Source of the DNA: Antechinus flavipes
Lineage: Eukaryota
NCBI RefSeq assembly: GCF_016432865.1
Contig: NC_067402.1
Coordinates: 217,620,001-217,684,000, forward strand
DNA: 64,000 bases
Direction of reading: 5' to 3'
The notes below the pieces were generated by a model. The model had not been told where the DNA came from and ran no database searches. It was given only the letters and a program-made list of their open reading frames with translations. The number at the start of each line of letters is the position of its first letter. The stretch's first letter is position 1. This document shows positions 59,700-64,000 of this stretch, piece after piece. The position numbers and the translations under genes are program-made.

Positions 59700-62600
59700 T
59701 CAAGGATAAGAATTGGACACATCACAAACGGTTAGAAAGCTTTATCCTATTACTATTCCCCCTCTGTCTTTTTGGAGTAATTTCTACAGAAGGGGCAAAG
59801 GGTGTAGTGGGCTTTCTCAACAACAAACTTTAGGAATTTTAAAATACCAACAAAACCTGATAAGTCACAATAGTAGTTGAGATCATAATTCAATCTAGCC
59901 AATTTGGAGATATTCTTAGCAGCAGAGTTCCATCCACTTGGGAAGCTTAATGAAGATTACTTTTACACAAAGTCTATTGAATTAGTTAGAAGCTCTAGAT
60001 GCAGATGTCTCTTTTTAGGTAGCTAAGATGGGGAATCATGCTTTTCTCGCCTTGCAAAAAGTTCCCCAATGGGGATCTTAAGGGAGGGAAATTTCTAAAA
60101 GAGATGAATTTTGTAGACTAGAACTATGCCCAACTGTCATAGGCTGCTATACCCTATGACCACAAGATAAATAGACCTTCTCTTACAAATCTCTATGTCA
60201 GTTATGGTGGGGGAGTGTAAAATGGAAATCCCTGGAGATTCCCAAGCCATGCTGTAAAGATGAAAGAAGCACAATTATTTTACTTTACCAGTTCCATTTA
60301 TAATTTTCCTGAATGGTTGATGATATGATCAAATGGCATCTGGCAGCTTTTGATCTACAGCGAGCTGAAAAAAGTTGTCATAACAATTTCTGAGGCCATT
60401 TCTTACTGTCAATAGTTAGGTAGCTCAAGCTAACAATGTTTGCTTTGAGGCTTCACTATATTCAAGCAAATTTTGGAATCATTCTCTTCTTCTAGGTTTG
60501 TTTCTTGAGCATCTCTCTCTATGATAGCATAGATCTTTATTGTGATATTATTTATTTATTCTTCCAAACTTAATTTCTGAATTGAAATTTTGTTGTGGCC
60601 TAGCTATATATATAAGGGTCTTATATTCTTTGTATTCTTTAGAGTCCTGATGCTGCTTTATTCAAATACTGAGTTCTGTGTTCTTCAAGAAACATCTTAG
60701 TCAGGAACCTATAAATTTTCAATATATCCATAGTGGTCCAATCTCAGATGAAGTCTGATCACTGCTATCCTGGTCTAAACTGCAAGTTTTTTCTCTGGTT
60801 TGGATCTGAGAGATACAATTATAGACTTGTTCCTGGTTGAAGACTGCTACTGACCCCAGCCCTTCAGCTAACTGAAAGTCTTACAGATTTATAGCAACTG
60901 GTTTAAGCTGTCTGACCTCTTTATTCAAATGCAGACTTCAGAGTAACCTGGGGAATGAATCAAAAACTTTATTCAGAAATCAAAGCTGTCCAACTGCTCA
61001 TTTCTGCTCCTGTTCTTTGCCTAATATACAATCCCAAAACACTCCTTGCTCTAATCCACCAGTCCAAGTCTCCTCCTCAATCTGCACTATAACTGTGATC
61101 TGGCTCTGAAGTTAGAATGTCAGAGTTAGCAACTAGGTCCTGTTCCTGATTCCCGCATAATGTCAGACCAATCCCTGCAGGATCCAAAATCACTGTTATC
61201 TCAATCCAAAGCAGAACTCAACTCAGTCCCTTTATTTAAAAAGTTTTGAGAGGTTCCTTCTTGTCTAAATACTTATCCTAGTATCAACAGATTATTTTTG
61301 TCTCCTATTAACCTGAGATGGAAAATGACTCACTGTGATTTTTCCTTGTGTTTCCTAACCACAACTCAATTCAGAATTCTTTCTAGATCTTTATTTAGGT
61401 AATTGTTTGGGTGGAGCATGGGGAAGGTTGGAGGTAAGTTTTATTGCTTCCTCCTATTCCACCATCTTTGCTGGTCTCCCAACAATGTATAGAACAGGGT
61501 TCTGGATGTTGAAAAATGTATTTTTCTCTATCCCCATGGCTATAAATTTATAAATATAAATTCCCATAGCAGTTCAACTTTCTTGGGAAGGAGCCCAGTA
61601 TATATTTACCATCCATTCCCAGAGCTACTCAAACTCTTCCTTCAAACTGCTGCAATTTAGTTCTTACATCTGAGGTACTGATACCATATTAATCATCTCC
61701 AGCTGACTGGACTGGAGGGTTATAAAGGTTCTAGGTCAGATGGTAGTCCATATAAGGGACAAAGAGTAGAAATCAGCCCCAAGAAAATCCAGGGTCTAGC
61801 CTATTTAGTCAAGTTTTGGAGAATACAGTGGTGATGTTTCAGATAATTGAAAACATAATCAAGAACATGCTACTAATCGTTAATTTTCCACAATCCAAAA
61901 AGGAAGTGCAGAGGCTTTTATGAAAATGTTTTTCTTCCCTTACGTATTCTAATAGCTTCCATTTACCAAGTCATCCACAAGTAGGGATGATTTTCAAGTT
62001 GGGCCCAGACCAGCAAGACCTTTGGTGAACCATCCACCAGTCTCCCCATGGAAACTTATAATATTTTGTGGCCCATGTTTTTAGAGGTCTCTGTTCATAA
62101 AGAGCAGACTGATTATACTGTAGCCTTTGGCAGATACCTAAAAGTAGCTAGGCTAAAAAAACTATTTGGTTTCTAGAATTATAAGGTCTCCAAAGTTGTA
62201 CTTATTATATCACTCCTGAAAAGCAATTTTTTGACTGATACCCCAACTATTAGCATTAACTACCTTTTGTCCAAACCCAAGTGATGGATAGTTTTTCTGA
62301 GGAGATGAGTAGGGCAATGGAAAAAAGGGCTCTATTGCTAAATGGAGATTGTATCTTCAGGATCTTGCTCTCTCAGTTCTCTAAGATGGTAAAACTTCTC
62401 CCAGAGACTAAAATCTCTAGTCTCACCCAATGCCCTGTTTCCTTTGCTAACCAAATGATTCCACTCATGAAGCCCTCACTTCTGAGGAATATCATTCTGC
62501 TTAGTTTACTAACTGCTCTGCTCTCTACAAAAGGGAGAATTCATCATCAGGACCATTAAAATAATAATAGGTAATATCCTGAGGGATAGGGATGCTAACA

Positions 62601-63800
62601 AATCCTCTCAGTGGGCTGAGAATCAAGGCTTGTGAAGTAAGAATCTTGGGGAATAGCGTATAAGAATCTTGTACTGATTGTTGAACAATGGGCACGTGTC
62701 TGTCTAAATGGTCTGGAAGCTGGACAGAAGATTCGACAAACAAAACCTCTCTCCTTAGGGGTCAGGATAGCTGAAAGAATTTTTTGATACTGCCAGCTAC
62801 ATAAAGTTGTTTGTGGAAGATGTCAGCATTCACTGGAGAGATATACGCCCATTACTGAAGTACACAATCAGACTGATGCCAATGTGAAAAAGACAAGAGG
62901 TTAAGAAGTGAACCCATTACCAATCAGGACTTGAGACTGTGATGCCATGTTGTTCTCAGCAAGGGACCAGATAATCCTCCTAAGAACGAGGCAACTACTT
63001 GTCGCTGGAGCCCCTCATACAAAACAGAATGCCATGCACAGTCTTCGACTTGCCCCAACTGGCAAATCATTCCATTTCTTCTGTCTTAGGGCAAGAAGTT
63101 TGTTCTTGCTAAACAATAATTTTGTCATCACACCACTGATGTTTGGCGTCCTACTTCAGATAAGCCATGTCTTTTGCTGAGTTAGCACCCTTCTAGGAAG
63201 GGGGAAGGTTCTCTGGTTTTGAAGTTTCTGGGATCTATCCTATTTATCCAATAAGGAAAAGTTACTTTCTGACATTGTTCCAATTGATCCTCTCTGGCCT
63301 TTTTTATTCCATCCATCAAAGATTCCTCACTCTTCTCTAAAGGTTTCTGCCCCTCAGGATGTGTACACCCTGGGGAAATAGCTCAGTCCCCCTCAATTAT
63401 ATTTAATTTTTCATGGTATGATTCAGCCAACTCCTTCTCAGAAAAGGCTTGTGAAAACAAATGGTGGTATTATTGCAAAGTATCTTACTTTCTAATAGTA
63501 TGGGAAAGCTAAAACGCTTTCTGTATAATAACTACAATGAATTTATGTTAGGACATTGCAGACAATCCTGAGTTCCTGGATCTATATGAGGGAGAGCCTC
63601 CCCCTCATGACTTTTTTAGGAAGGAAGATGTCCTTGCAGGTAGAACAAAGAACATTGAGGGGTGGTAGGTGGTACAGAGCAAGTCAGGCTACATGTAAGA
63701 AGGTAATGAACTCTTGGGCCTGTGATGAGGATTGGTAAATATAGTAGAATCATCTGCATGATAGCACTGATGTTTCTGATGCTGTTCCTGCTCAACATCA
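59700..63800 (+). mobile_element. Heavily degraded ERV-L-like (class III) pro-pol remnant in KIF5A intron 13, split by an L1 fragment
   Basis: Collinear fossil peptides: KWKSLEIPKP (60220-60249), TSSIYNFPEWLMI*SNGIWQLLIYSELKKVV (60287-60379), WEGAQYIFTIHSQSY (61584-61628), EISPKKIQGLAYLVKF (61769-61816), PQSKKEVQRLL (61888-61920), SLWQIP (62122-62139), WSGSW (62709-62723). They match recalled HERV-L/MERVL pol order. Outer boundaries uncertain. Confidence 0.8.
60430..61480 (-). mobile_element. Old LINE-1 5' fragment (5' UTR and ORF1 start) nested in the ERV-L RT
   Basis: Minus strand begins gggagaccagcaaagatggtggaatagg, like the L1 5' terminus ggagccaagatggcgg. It later contains gaaacaaacctagaagaagagaatgattccaaa...gaagcctcaaag, resembling the marsupial L1 ORF1 N-terminus. 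Confidence 0.6.
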
Positions 63801-64000
63801 TTTCTTTACATAAAGAGATCCACTGTGAAGTATCCCCAGTTATCACCTGTCACATGACAGATCTGGAACTTGGTCTTTTGAATCATGGAGTAAAAAACCC
63901 AGGGTTTCTGATCTTTGGCTTCCTTCATATTCAGTCACTTTGGCATTGTGTTCCTTCAGGGAACTACTGCATTGCTTGCCTTTTTTTTCATCCTGTACTT

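Noticed and set aside
58440-64000. KIF5A exon 13 or an independent gene in the long 62-63 kb ORFs
   Set aside because: I found no DDEINQQSQ-type exon; the short ORFs are fragments or antisense frames of decayed retroelements, so the window ends inside intron 13.

Overview
Marsupial genomic DNA: it carries a MAR1-type CORE-SINE and a marsupial L1 whose 3' end looks dasyurid-like (species assignment is inference). The window is syntenic with human 12q13.3, in reverse orientation. Gene order is B4GALNT1 (+, 10 coding exons, 534 aa), SLC26A10 (-, 18 coding exons, intact 687 aa), ARHGEF25 (-, 15-exon 564 aa isoform plus a two-exon alternative N-terminus giving 603 aa), DTX3 (-, 347 aa), PIP4K2C (-, 10 exons, 421 aa) and the 3' half of KIF5A (-, exons 14-29). 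I assembled every coding exon by hand with GT-AG boundaries and consistent phase; comparisons to human, mouse and repeat consensus sequences are from memory. I found no convincing new multi-gene system. Best second-look items: (1) a full-length SLC26A10, which is annotated as a pseudogene in human; (2) interdigitated convergent poly(A) signals of B4GALNT1 and SLC26A10; (3) a young L1 with a 15-bp TSD and a 25-nt 3' transduction; (4) a tandem duplication of the ARHGEF25 poly(A) region; (5) a DTX3 start codon split by an intron, plus a spliced 42-aa uORF ending in His5; (6) a perfect CLEAR palindrome in the PIP4K2C promoter; (7) the ALS-relevant KIF5A exon 27 with a native +3G donor and a shorter predicted skip peptide; (8) an ERV-L-like pol fossil split by an L1 5' fragment.
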